From assembly GCF_040396215.1 (NCBI RefSeq), contig NZ_JBEBOW010000002.1, forward strand, positions 9,437 to 73,436: a stretch of DNA of 64,000 nt. Direction: 5' to 3'. Positions 47,601 through 54,866 of this stretch are shown here, piece by piece. The DNA is from Diaphorobacter ruginosibacter. Its GTDB lineage: Bacteria > Pseudomonadota > Gammaproteobacteria > Burkholderiales > Burkholderiaceae_C. Each line of letters starts with the position of its first letter. Within the stretch, counting starts at the first letter, position 1. The position numbers were made by a program, and so were the translations under genes. The notes beneath the pieces were generated by a model. It was not told the DNA's origin, searched no databases, and saw only the letters and a program-made list of their open reading frames with translations.

Positions 47601-49197
47601 GGTCGCTGGTCACCTTGGCGGCGTCGTACGAGCCCGTGAGGAGGGTGAAATATTCATAGGCATCGCCCGTCGGATTGACGCGCGCGACGAACCCATCGGC
47701 CATATCTCCGTTGGAGTCGCCATCCGCGGGCCGGGCGTTGGGGACCTGGTTCAGGCCTGGCACGCCCGTGGGCATGCCGGCGGATGTCGAGTCGGTCTCT
47801 CCAGCCACGATGACGGCATTGGTTCCTGGATCGACTGAAATCGCGTGGCCGATATTGACGGCGCCGTCGCCATTCAATGCCCGAAAGTATTCGAATGCCT
47901 GCCCGTTTGCCGCCACGCGCGCGACAAACGCGTTCTTGCCGGTGCTGCTCCACGGGGTCGCGGAAGAGCCCAAGGCGCTCGGGGTGCAGACGCCCGCGGC
48001 GCAAGTCGGCGTGGCGAACCCGGTGATGTAGAGGCGGCCCGCGCCATCGACCGCCACGGCGTTCGCCTGATCGTCACCGGCGCCGCCAAACAGGCTCGAC
48101 CACACCACGGTGTTGTCTGCGGGGTCGATCTTGGCGAAGAAGCCGTCTTTGTCCGTGCTCGTCTTGCTGCCGTGCAGGTTGGCGTCGGTGCGTGTTCCCT
48201 GCGTGGGGAAATTGGTGGATTCCGTCACTCCGCCGATATAGACGGAGCCGTCCGGGCCGAGGGCCAGGCCACGACAGCTATCGTTGCCATTGCCGCCAAG
48301 AGTGAACCGGCTTGAGGACCCGTCGCCGTTGAATCGCGCAACAAACGCCTTCTGAAGCCATCCATCCTGCGTCGTGCCGCACACCCAGGTGGTCTTGCCG
48401 GCGACATCCCGCGCGACGGCGTTCACCACATCGTTCACGTTGTCGCCCACCAGGCCCGCCGGAGCCGCCCATGCGGGGTCGACCACCAGCGGCAAGGAGG
48501 TGTCGTAGTCGCCCAGCGTGAACGTCACGCGCCAGGTGCCGGCATCCACCGGCTGCAGCACATAGCCCGCCGCAACCCGCACCCGTTTGTTGCCAACGGT
48601 CTGGTAGGCAACAGGAGCGCTATCGTGCAGGGTCGTGCCGTTCACACGCCACTCCAGCGCCCCCTCCGGCGTCATGCGCGCGGATTCGGCGCCCGCGATG
48701 CGCAGCGCCACCTGCCGGGCATCGGCGCCCGCCGCCAACTCGAACTGGTACTTCAAACCGGTGTCCGTGCCCTTGAAGACCGCATCCACCCCTGGCCAGA
48801 CACCACGGTAGGCCAGCTCGGCGTAACCCGCCCGGTTGCGCACCCAGTCACTCTGCGGGCCCACAAAGGCGCTATACGACGATGTCGTGATCTTCTGGCC
48901 CAGCGGCGCGGAAGAGGCGCCGCCATCAAAGGCGTAACTCAGCCCCGCATGCACGCCAATGCTCTTGAGCCGGACCGGCTGGCTCGCAGGCCCCTGCTCC
49001 ATGCTCACGCCACGAGCGTCAAAGCGAATGGAGCCGCCCGCCGTATTGACGACGTAAAGCGGCTCGGTCTGAGACGGCGAAAGATCAATGAAGCGGCCGC
49101 TGCGCTCGGCGAGGTCACGTTGAACCAGTGGCTCGCTTTGCGCATGGGCCATTGACGCGCTCAGAAGCATTGCAGCGGCGAGTAGGGAGTGATGCAT
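44608..49197 (-). CDS. giant secreted surface protein: N-terminal domain, beta-propeller-like repeats, Big/Ig-like repeats, choice-of-anchor-like domain, IPTL-CTERM-like sorting signal
   Basis: Signal peptide MHHSLLAAAMLLSASMAHA. Repeated D-G-F-[VL]-A-[RK] strands are present. There are six ~88-aa Ig-like repeats with two Cys each. The C-terminus is ...DGGLGDSDLLANSFITDPGG...TPVPSLGALALGLLSLLLSGLAMGRQRS. An alternative TTG start at 49239 abuts the upstream stop. Confidence 0.9.
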   Translation of the reverse strand: MHHSLLAAAMLLSASMAHAQSEPLVQRDLAERSGRFIDLSPSQTEPLYVVNTAGGSIRFDARGVSMEQGPASQPVRLKSIGVHAGLSYAFDGGASSAPLGQKITTSSYSAFVGPQSDWVRNRAGYAELAYRGVWPGVDAVFKGTDTGLKYQFELAAGADARQVALRIAGAESARMTPEGALEWRVNGTTLHDSAPVAYQTVGNKRVRVAAGYVLQPVDAGTWRVTFTLGDYDTSLPLVVDPAWAAPAGLVGDNVNDVVNAVARDVAGKTTWVCGTTQDGWLQKAFVARFNGDGSSSRFTLGGNGNDSCRGLALGPDGSVYIGGVTESTNFPTQGTRTDANLHGSKTSTDKDGFFAKIDPADNTVVWSSLFGGAGDDQANAVAVDGAGRLYITGFATPTCAAGVCTPSALGSSATPWSSTGKNAFVARVAANGQAFEYFRALNGDGAVNIGHAISVDPGTNAVIVAGETDSTSAGMPTGVPGLNQVPNARPADGDSNGDMADGFVARVNPTGDAYEYFTLLTGSYDAAKVTSDRALGARLLADGSVLVVGETSASGFPINAVAGNTFAGGMDGFVVRLAASGASVLSARYLGGSGYDSATAVAAVGDGYYVIGNSTGALTNLTGTGSAGGLSNVSLGGQDGFLARFTAASNTPEFWGLIGASGMDSFNALAAEAVDINATTRPFGRPVLYAGGASSASPGIVQRGELRRIDSYGPPVTFDIQDSGGTQSAIILQDYADLKVLVKDSLGQPVPRVIVNFTAPAVANAPSTNMPGTHTATADVDGYATLTGVKANGYAGSYLVVATSGAATTDFSLTNLKADQTDFTVSASSTSVPFQASVTLTPSGGVTGVQVVYELDPADANASTYCSVSGNQVTAVKAQGACKVIATNPGNTNYNPASWTIELTTAKAQQPLFAVTAAPSSMPVGGFSALSFTGALSGGAETATVDPSSSAVCRINGATQVEALTAGACTINASEAGDDNYFPAIASTVITVTKASGEILAVQATPATIAYGQTSQLSVTPNASTGAISYAVSSGPCSVLGNVLSASGVGSCVVTATQAADANYEAGSGDVTITVNKAEQQAFAITAPSSTVQAGQTALLGFTGGSTNNAVVYSIVSGAPGVCTLFGNTISAVSAGACVVQAVMPGDAYYLDSPASTATINIVNQAQAQITISAASTSIALNGSTNVTAAGGSGTIDYTYALVAGGDACTLDPKSGLVTGKAIGSCEINASNAASGGYDAATSSNSVTISVGKASQTLTFSLPAGPLVLRAADVALSATSDIPGLTVTTFTSKTTRVCEVTGTTLAFYTAGTCTVTASQPGDESHAAAEMDASVLVTLPAGTSSTVTGTLPQGLATAQISGDGWIFGPPGDVPGWDVTGFQVSTDLVPPANLTFPAGLFGFTAINGLKGSAATIQFTYPMSFPAGAQYWKYGKTSDDPTDHWYRLPGVTISGNTVTLTVTDGGLGDSDLLANSFITDPGGVAINSAAPGPTGATPVPSLGALALGLLSLLLSGLAMGRQRSGPRRFHTD
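45184..46749 (-). repeat. six tandem coding repeats (~88 aa each) for Cys-pair Ig-like domains inside the giant gene
   Basis: Each unit has the form ...[FL]x[VI]xAxxxxxxxxxxxxLxxxGGxxxxxxxYxxxxxxxxCxxxGxxxxAxxxGxCxxxAxxxGxxxYxxAxxxxxxIxVxKA. The units begin at ORF-track residues (numbered from 49239) 831, 922, 1009, 1092, 1180 and 1269. Confidence 0.7.
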
Positions 49198-49239
49198 GGC
49201 GCGTCGAAGAAGTGGTGGGCGGTGGCGAGATGGCGGCAA

Positions 49240-49767
49240 TCAGGACCGCGGAGGGAAGACACCCTGCAGCGCGATGCAGAAATACGCCGTGAGATAGGGC
49301 GGCAGATTGTTGTGCGGCATTCCTCCTCCCACAGGGGCGACCTGCTGCGGCGACATCCTGGTCAGACTGCTTGCGGGTGTCGTGGCATAGGCACGGGTAG
49401 GGGCGGACCCCAGGGCCGATGTGCCGGAGGCCGACGTCACCGCGGCGTCGCCGGCCAGACCGGTCTTGACCATATGGGTATGGCTCGGAATCTCGGATTC
49501 CAGCAGCGTGACCGTATCGGAGCCACCCGTCTCGCCCAGGTCATGCAGCGAGAGCCCGGCCCCCTGGCCGGGATGCATGGGCATCCGCCCCTGCAGATCA
49601 GGCAGCGCGAAATTGGACTTTCCATCACCGCCGTACGTGGTTCCCAACAGGGAAAACAAGGCGGTGTTCTGTGAAAGGGGCAGCAACTGGCCATCGCACC
49701 AGGCCCAGCCGCGGGGTGCGAAGTTGAACGGGAAAATGCGGATTTCCGCTACAAAGGGATCTGCCAT
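49240..49767 (-). CDS. phage Tail Collar domain protein, paralog C (MdpB-like)
   Basis: MADPFVAEIRIFPFNFAPRGWAWCDGQLLPLSQNTALFSLLGTTYGGDGKSNFALPDLQGRMPMH... and C-terminal PHNNLPPYLTAYFCIALQGVFPPR. No signal peptide. Confidence 0.88.
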   Translation of the reverse strand: MADPFVAEIRIFPFNFAPRGWAWCDGQLLPLSQNTALFSLLGTTYGGDGKSNFALPDLQGRMPMHPGQGAGLSLHDLGETGGSDTVTLLESEIPSHTHMVKTGLAGDAAVTSASGTSALGSAPTRAYATTPASSLTRMSPQQVAPVGGGMPHNNLPPYLTAYFCIALQGVFPPRS

Positions 49768-49771
49768 GATC

Positions 49772-50275
49772 TCAAGTCGGTGAGGGAAAGATGCCTTGCA
49801 GGGCGATGGTGAAACTCAGCGTCAGGAAGGGCGGCATATTCACATGCGCCTGAGAAGCGCCCACGTTCGTGACGCTGGCGGGCGTCAGGCTGACATCTGC
49901 TCCAGGCGCATAGTGTCCGAAGGCCGCTGCAGGAATATGGGTGCTGCTGGCACTGTTGGAGCTGCGGTTGCCTGGCGCCTCGGAGGCATTCACCAGATGG
50001 GTGTGGGCCGGCAGCTCGCCGATGCTGAGCGTATGCGCCTGTTCGCCCGCGCGTTCTCCAAGCGCATGCCCGTTGCCGACATGCATCGGCATGCGCCCTC
50101 GAAAGTCCGGTAGCGCGAAGTTGACACGCCCGTCCCCACCGAATGTCGTTCCAAGCAGCGAGAAAAGTGCCTGGTTTTGATTGATGGGTAACAGTTGCCC
50201 GTTGCACAACGCCCAGCCCCGCGGAGGGAAGGCGAAGGACATGACGCGGATTTCTGAGAGGAATGGTTCAGCCAT
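49772..50275 (-). CDS. phage Tail Collar domain protein, paralog B (MdpB-like)
   Basis: MAEPFLSEIRVMSFAFPPRGWALCNGQLLPINQNQALFSLLGTTFGGDGRVNFALPDFRGRMPMH... and C-terminal HVNMPPFLTLSFTIALQGIFP. Confidence 0.88.
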   Translation of the reverse strand: MAEPFLSEIRVMSFAFPPRGWALCNGQLLPINQNQALFSLLGTTFGGDGRVNFALPDFRGRMPMHVGNGHALGERAGEQAHTLSIGELPAHTHLVNASEAPGNRSSNSASSTHIPAAAFGHYAPGADVSLTPASVTNVGASQAHVNMPPFLTLSFTIALQGIFPSPT

Positions 50276-50781
50276 CAGTTTTCATTCGGATAAATGCCGT
50301 ACAGCGAGATGATGAAATTCACGCAGAGATACGGCGGGAAGTTGTCATGTGGCTGGGAGCCTCCGGTGGGATCGAGGGCGCTCGGACCCAGAGCCCCCTC
50401 GGGCGCTTGCGTATTGGCAAACACCTTGTGATCGCGATGGCCGGCGAATACGCCATCCTTGGGCGACGCCTGTGAGCCCGTTCCCGAGCTTGCCAGGAGC
50501 GCATGGGAATGGGAAGGAATCTGATTGACGGAGAGCGTCACGGCTTCCACGCCGCCGGTTTCCGCCAGGATGAAACCACTTCCTTGATGCAGGGGGATGC
50601 GTCCACGCAGATCGGGCAACGCGAAAGTCTCCTGGCCATCGCCGCCGTAGGTGGTGCCGATCAGCTGGAAGAGTGTTTCCAACTCGGAAATCGCCAGCAA
50701 TTGCCCTTCACAGAACATCCAGCCCGCGGGCGCAAAATTGCCCGCGAATATTCGAATTTCACCGACATAGGGCTGTGCCAT
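50275..50781 (-). CDS. phage Tail Collar domain protein, paralog A (MdpB-like)
   Basis: MAQPYVGEIRIFAGNFAPAGWMFCEGQLLAISELETLFQLIGTTYGGDGQETFALPDLRGRIPLH... and C-terminal PHDNFPPYLCVNFIISLYGIYP. Trimmed to ATG 50781 by alignment with the paralogs. Confidence 0.88.
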   Translation of the reverse strand: MAQPYVGEIRIFAGNFAPAGWMFCEGQLLAISELETLFQLIGTTYGGDGQETFALPDLRGRIPLHQGSGFILAETGGVEAVTLSVNQIPSHSHALLASSGTGSQASPKDGVFAGHRDHKVFANTQAPEGALGPSALDPTGGSQPHDNFPPYLCVNFIISLYGIYPNEN

Positions 50782-50851
50782 AACGAAAGGACGACGCCGA
50801 TGACGCCGCATTTTGTTTTAATTATTTAAATTCTAGAATAGATCAATCAAA

Positions 50852-51280
50852 ATGTTAAAAAATCTTGCGGCAAATCAGATGACGAAATCCAATCGAAGAA
50901 ATTTTCTGAAGCTGGCTGGCTCCATGCCCGCAACCGCGGTCGTGCCCGGCGCCATGCTGACCGCGGTCGCCAGCCAGGCGAGCGAACCGCCCGCCAGCGC
51001 CGCGCTGACCCGCCAGAAGTTCTTGGCGCTTCTCGATCAAACCTTCCATCTTTCCCAGGATGGCACGGCACGCACGGCACGGCTCACGTCCGTGGAAGAC
51101 TTGCCCAATTGCACCAACCACGCGCAGTCGTTTCGCGCCGTGTTCGAAGTGCTGGGCCCCCAGGGCGCACGGCAGGCGCTGTGGCAGGTGGAACACCCCA
51201 GCCTGGGACTGCACGCCATCTTCATGACCCCGAATGACGCGCAAGGCCGCGCGCTGGAGGCGATCTTCAATCGCGGTTGA
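50852..51280 (+). CDS. small Tat-signal protein of unknown function (paralog of 51832-52191)
   Basis: Twin-arginine motif SNRRNFLKLAGS followed by AVASQA. The alternative start ATG 50879 gives MTKSNRRNFL. It is divergent from the collar operon. Confidence 0.68.
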   Translation: MLKNLAANQMTKSNRRNFLKLAGSMPATAVVPGAMLTAVASQASEPPASAALTRQKFLALLDQTFHLSQDGTARTARLTSVEDLPNCTNHAQSFRAVFEVLGPQGARQALWQVEHPSLGLHAIFMTPNDAQGRALEAIFNRG

Positions 51281-51851
51281 GGGGTGCTGGCGCGGCTGCC
51301 TGTCCCGTGGTTTGCGCCGTGGTTTGCGCGGTATTGACCGGCTGCGGCTCCCGGAACATTTTCATGTACGCCCCCTGGATTTCGCTGTCCACGAACCCCA
51401 AGCGCTCGTAGAGGCGTTTGGCCGGGTTGTCTGGCTCCACGAACAACCGCGCTCTGCGCCCCGTGGCATCGGCCTGCTGCGTCACCCAGCGGACCAGCTG
51501 CGTGCCATGCCCCTGTCCTCGTCGCCGCACTGACAGGGACACTTCCATCAGGGCCAGCAGGTCCGGTCCGTCACTCAGGTACAGCCGTCCAATCCGGACA
51601 CCCTCCAGTTCGATCACGAAGTAACGGGCATAAGGGTAATGGGCGCGATAGTGCCGATCCTGCAGGGTGAATTGCGCGTCGCAGAACGCATCCATCTCCT
51701 GCTCCGTCCAGCCGGAGGCAGCCAGCTCCGGCCTGCGCACCTCCCGATAGACCGAGCGCAAGAACGGATAGTCATCAGGCCGCACGGGACGCAGGACCAG
51801 CGCCCCCACGCGCAGATCCGCCGGGGCGCCCTCAACCGCCATGGCTGTCAT
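51267..51851 (-). CDS. GNAT-family N-acetyltransferase
   Basis: LRPVRPDDYPFL at the N-terminus, the acetyl-CoA loop RRRGQGHGTQLV, and NPAKRLYERLGF. Confidence 0.85.
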   Translation of the reverse strand: MTAMAVEGAPADLRVGALVLRPVRPDDYPFLRSVYREVRRPELAASGWTEQEMDAFCDAQFTLQDRHYRAHYPYARYFVIELEGVRIGRLYLSDGPDLLALMEVSLSVRRRGQGHGTQLVRWVTQQADATGRRARLFVEPDNPAKRLYERLGFVDSEIQGAYMKMFREPQPVNTAQTTAQTTGQAAAPAPLNRD

Positions 51852-52191
51852 GGCTCACGCAGGCCTCGTACTCGAGCCCTTCGCTGGTGCGCGCCACGGG
51901 TGCGATGAACACCGCGAAATCTCCCAACTCCGCATGGCGCATGCGGTACGTCCGCTGCGGCAACTGCGGCGACGCGGGGCCCTGAAAAAATACGCTGAAC
52001 TGCTGGTGCTGCTGATGGGCCGGGCGCTCCCGCAGCGCTCCCAGCCGAAGCGGCACCGACTGGGTCCGCCCCTGCTCATCCCCCCAGTAGCACTGCAACA
52101 CCTGTCCCTGCAATGCGGCCGCGATGTCGTGGGTCAGCACGCGCGACCAAAGCGCATCGTCGAGCAAATGGGTCTCAGTGACTGGTGGCAT
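51832..52191 (-). CDS. small cytoplasmic protein of unknown function (paralog of 50852-51280)
   Basis: Trimmed to ATG 52191 (MPPVTETHLL...). Its C-terminal half aligns to the Tat-signal protein (see findings). It overlaps the GNAT start by 20 nt. Confidence 0.58.
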   Translation of the reverse strand: MPPVTETHLLDDALWSRVLTHDIAAALQGQVLQCYWGDEQGRTQSVPLRLGALRERPAHQQHQQFSVFFQGPASPQLPQRTYRMRHAELGDFAVFIAPVARTSEGLEYEACVSHDSHGG

Positions 52192-52412
52192 GTGGCGGCA
52201 TCTCGCAATGGAACCGGCAAATTCTACAGGCGCCTTGAGCCCTCGAGCCGTCATTGGCGGCCCGCTTGGCTCTTTCCAGAGCCCGGATCTTCGCGATCCA
52301 TGCCGGCGCAACCCTCGCGCAGATCAACGCGTTTTGAAACTCTGTTGTCGAAGTTCACCGCGCCTCCCGCAAAATATTCGAAACTTCATCATCAGCAACC
52401 TCGTCTCCCGCC

Positions 52413-53051
52413 ATGCTCCAATACCACACCGTTCCCGTCACCGCCTTTCAGCAGAACGCCTCCATCGTCTGGTGCGACGTCACGGGGGACGCCGCGATCA
52501 TCGATCCGGGCGGCGACATCGACGCTCTGCTGGACCAGGTGCGCCAGCGCGGGCTGAACCTCAAGGCAATATGGCTCACGCACGCGCATATCGATCACGC
52601 GGGCGGCGCGGGCGAGCTGGCGCGCGAGCTCGGCTTGCCCATCATCGGCCCGCAGGAAGGCGACCAGTTCTGGATCGACGGATTGCCGCAGCAAAGCAGG
52701 ATGTTCAATTTCCCGCCCGCGCTGGCGTTCACGCCCACGCGCTGGCTGCACGATGGCGACACGGTGCAGATCGGCAACGAGACGCTGAACGTGCGCCACT
52801 GCCCCGGCCACACGCCGGGCCACGTGGTGTTCCACGCCCCCCAGATCGACCGAGCGTTCGTGGGCGACGTGCTGTTCGCGGGCAGCATCGGCCGCACGGA
52901 TTTCCCCAGGGGAGACCATCAGCAGCTGATCGACTCGATCGTGCAGCGGCTGTGGCCCATGGGCGACCAGACGGTGTTCATCCCGGGACATGGCCCCGAG
53001 AGCACGTTCGGGCGCGAGCGGCGCACCAATCCCTACGTGGGCAACACCTGA
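52413..53051 (+). CDS. MBL-fold metallo-hydrolase (glyoxalase II / YcbL-like)
   Basis: THAHIDHAGG metal motif. 212 aa. Confidence 0.9.
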   Translation: MLQYHTVPVTAFQQNASIVWCDVTGDAAIIDPGGDIDALLDQVRQRGLNLKAIWLTHAHIDHAGGAGELARELGLPIIGPQEGDQFWIDGLPQQSRMFNFPPALAFTPTRWLHDGDTVQIGNETLNVRHCPGHTPGHVVFHAPQIDRAFVGDVLFAGSIGRTDFPRGDHQQLIDSIVQRLWPMGDQTVFIPGHGPESTFGRERRTNPYVGNT

Positions 53052-54004
53052 ACCGTCCTGGACGCCCGCAGCTCGGCGCGCACGACCACCAGCAGCCCGG
53101 TCATGACGAGCGCCAGCCCGGTCCAGGACTGCAGCCCCTGACGCTCGCCGACCACCCAGATCGCCAGCACGAACGCCGCGACGGGTTCGATCAGTGAAAG
53201 CGTCACCCCGGTGGGGCCGGAAATCCCGCGCAGCCCGGTGGAGAACAGCGCATGCGCCATGCCAGACACCACCACGCCAAGGTAGGCCGCCACCAGCAGC
53301 GAGGGCAGGCTGAACCGGGGCGCGCCCGCCAGCAGGAAGGCCACTGGCACCGCAAAAAGCGCCGCGCCGCTGAACACGTAAAAATTGGCCAGCCCGGGCG
53401 ATACGTGCGCCACCAGCCGCTTGTTGATCAGCGCATAGGCGGCATAGGACAGCCCCGCCAGCAGGCACAGCAGCAGCCCTCCCGCCGACAGCGGCGCCGC
53501 GCCCGCCCCCTTGCCCAAGGCCATCGCCACGCCGCCCGTGATGCTCACCGCCGTGCCGCACCACCACAGGGCGGACAGCGGCGTGCGCAGGAACACGGCC
53601 TGCATGAGTCCGGCCCAGATCGGGCTGGAGCCAATCGCCACTGCCGTGCCCACGGCCACGCCGGTCAGTTTGACGCCCGCATAGAAACAGATGCTGTAGC
53701 CGCCGATGCCGGCGGCGGCCAGCGCGATCAGGCGCATGTCCAGGCCCAGCCCGGAGGGCCGTGGAAACAGCGGCTGCCCTCCGCTTTTCCTGCGGCGGCG
53801 CACCATCGCCCATCGAAGCACGGCATAGAAAACCGCCGATACCGCGAGTTGCGCCGCGCCCAGCCAGTAGGGCGACAGGCCTTGCGCGCCCAGGCTCTGC
53901 GCGGTGCCCGTCGTTCCCCAGAACACGGCCGCGATGCTGACGAGCGCCACCCCGAGGGCGGGAGAGACCGGGTGGGCAGGCGGGTGCGTCATGGGCGCCA
54001 TCAT
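53033..54004 (-). CDS. EamA/DMT-family transporter
   Basis: About ten TM segments in a duplicated EamA pattern (FWGTTG...). Confidence 0.86.
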   Translation of the reverse strand: MMAPMTHPPAHPVSPALGVALVSIAAVFWGTTGTAQSLGAQGLSPYWLGAAQLAVSAVFYAVLRWAMVRRRRKSGGQPLFPRPSGLGLDMRLIALAAAGIGGYSICFYAGVKLTGVAVGTAVAIGSSPIWAGLMQAVFLRTPLSALWWCGTAVSITGGVAMALGKGAGAAPLSAGGLLLCLLAGLSYAAYALINKRLVAHVSPGLANFYVFSGAALFAVPVAFLLAGAPRFSLPSLLVAAYLGVVVSGMAHALFSTGLRGISGPTGVTLSLIEPVAAFVLAIWVVGERQGLQSWTGLALVMTGLLVVVRAELRASRTVQVLPT

Positions 54005-54065
54005 GCCGCCGCGCAGCCCCGCGATTTGTAGAGAAACGCTCGTGGTGCGCGCACGGCGCGGCCCG

Positions 54066-54782
54066 TCATGCAGCCCTGCGGGAGCCGCGCCGCAGGTCCC
54101 GCGCGCCCACCTGGCGGTCGCGGCGCAGCGCGAACGCCAGCGCGCTCGCGCTTTTGTAGCCGCAGCGCAATGCCGTGGTCTCCAGCGGCTCGCCGCGCGC
54201 GAGCGCGCGCGCGGCAGCGTCCAGGCGCTGCTCGCGCAGCCACTGCTGCGGCGTCTTGCCGGTGAGCTCCAGCCAGCGCAGGTGAAAGCGCTGCGCGCTC
54301 AGATGCACCAGCGCGGCCATGCGGCGCGTGTTCCAGTTTTCATGCAACTGCCGGATGATCTGCTCGCGCACATGGGACAGATCGAGGTCACGGCGCGCAA
54401 GCACGCGGGGCGCGCACAGCAGCTCGCTCAGGTGCCGGCCCGCGTCGTCGCCGCTCAGGGCGAGCGGCTTTTCACGCAACGCGGCGGGAACGGCGAAGCG
54501 CCGCACCTTGTCCACGCCGCCGCGGTCGTGCGGGGCGTCGATCACCAGCAGCCGCGCGCCCGGCGAGGCAAGAAACCCATGCTCCACGCCGGCGGGCACC
54601 ACCATGCCGCAGGCCGCATCGACGAAGGCCGCACGTCCGTTCACCTCCAGTTCCATGCGGCCTTCGAGCGCATACAGAATCTGCGCATGGTCGTGCGCAT
54701 GCGCCGCGTGTTCGCCGCTGTAGTGGCGAACCGACGCGATGGGCGCTGTCAGCAGGAACGAGGAATGGGCATGGCGGGCCAT
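54066..54782 (-). CDS. AraC-family transcriptional regulator (cupin + HTH)
   Basis: The N-terminal cupin-like part contains HAHDHAQILYALEGRMEL. The C-terminal AraC HTH contains MAALVHLSAQRFHLRW...GYKSASALAFALRR. Trimmed from the 528-aa ORF. Confidence 0.85.
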   Translation of the reverse strand: MARHAHSSFLLTAPIASVRHYSGEHAAHAHDHAQILYALEGRMELEVNGRAAFVDAACGMVVPAGVEHGFLASPGARLLVIDAPHDRGGVDKVRRFAVPAALREKPLALSGDDAGRHLSELLCAPRVLARRDLDLSHVREQIIRQLHENWNTRRMAALVHLSAQRFHLRWLELTGKTPQQWLREQRLDAAARALARGEPLETTALRCGYKSASALAFALRRDRQVGARDLRRGSRRAA

Positions 54783-54866
54783 GCGGCACATGGTAGCGCG
54801 GCGGCGCGGCGCATGTCCGCATAATGGCGGCTGCCGCGCCCTGCCCGCCTCTCTTTCTTTCGCTCG

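Noticed and set aside
49240-50781. Prophage or tailocin remnant, suggested by the 'phage tail' annotation of collar-domain proteins
   Set aside because: No other phage-type gene (capsid, terminase, sheath, tube, baseplate, integrase, lysis) and no att-like repeats are visible in 64 kb. The three genes are tightly linked to a cellular surface-protein gene instead.
51267-52191. Type II GNAT toxin / antitoxin pair (TacAT-like), because a small ORF overlaps a GNAT
   Set aside because: The small protein shows no RHH/DUF1778-like N-terminus and is a paralog of a Tat-exported protein next door. I kept this only as a testable aside in the findings.
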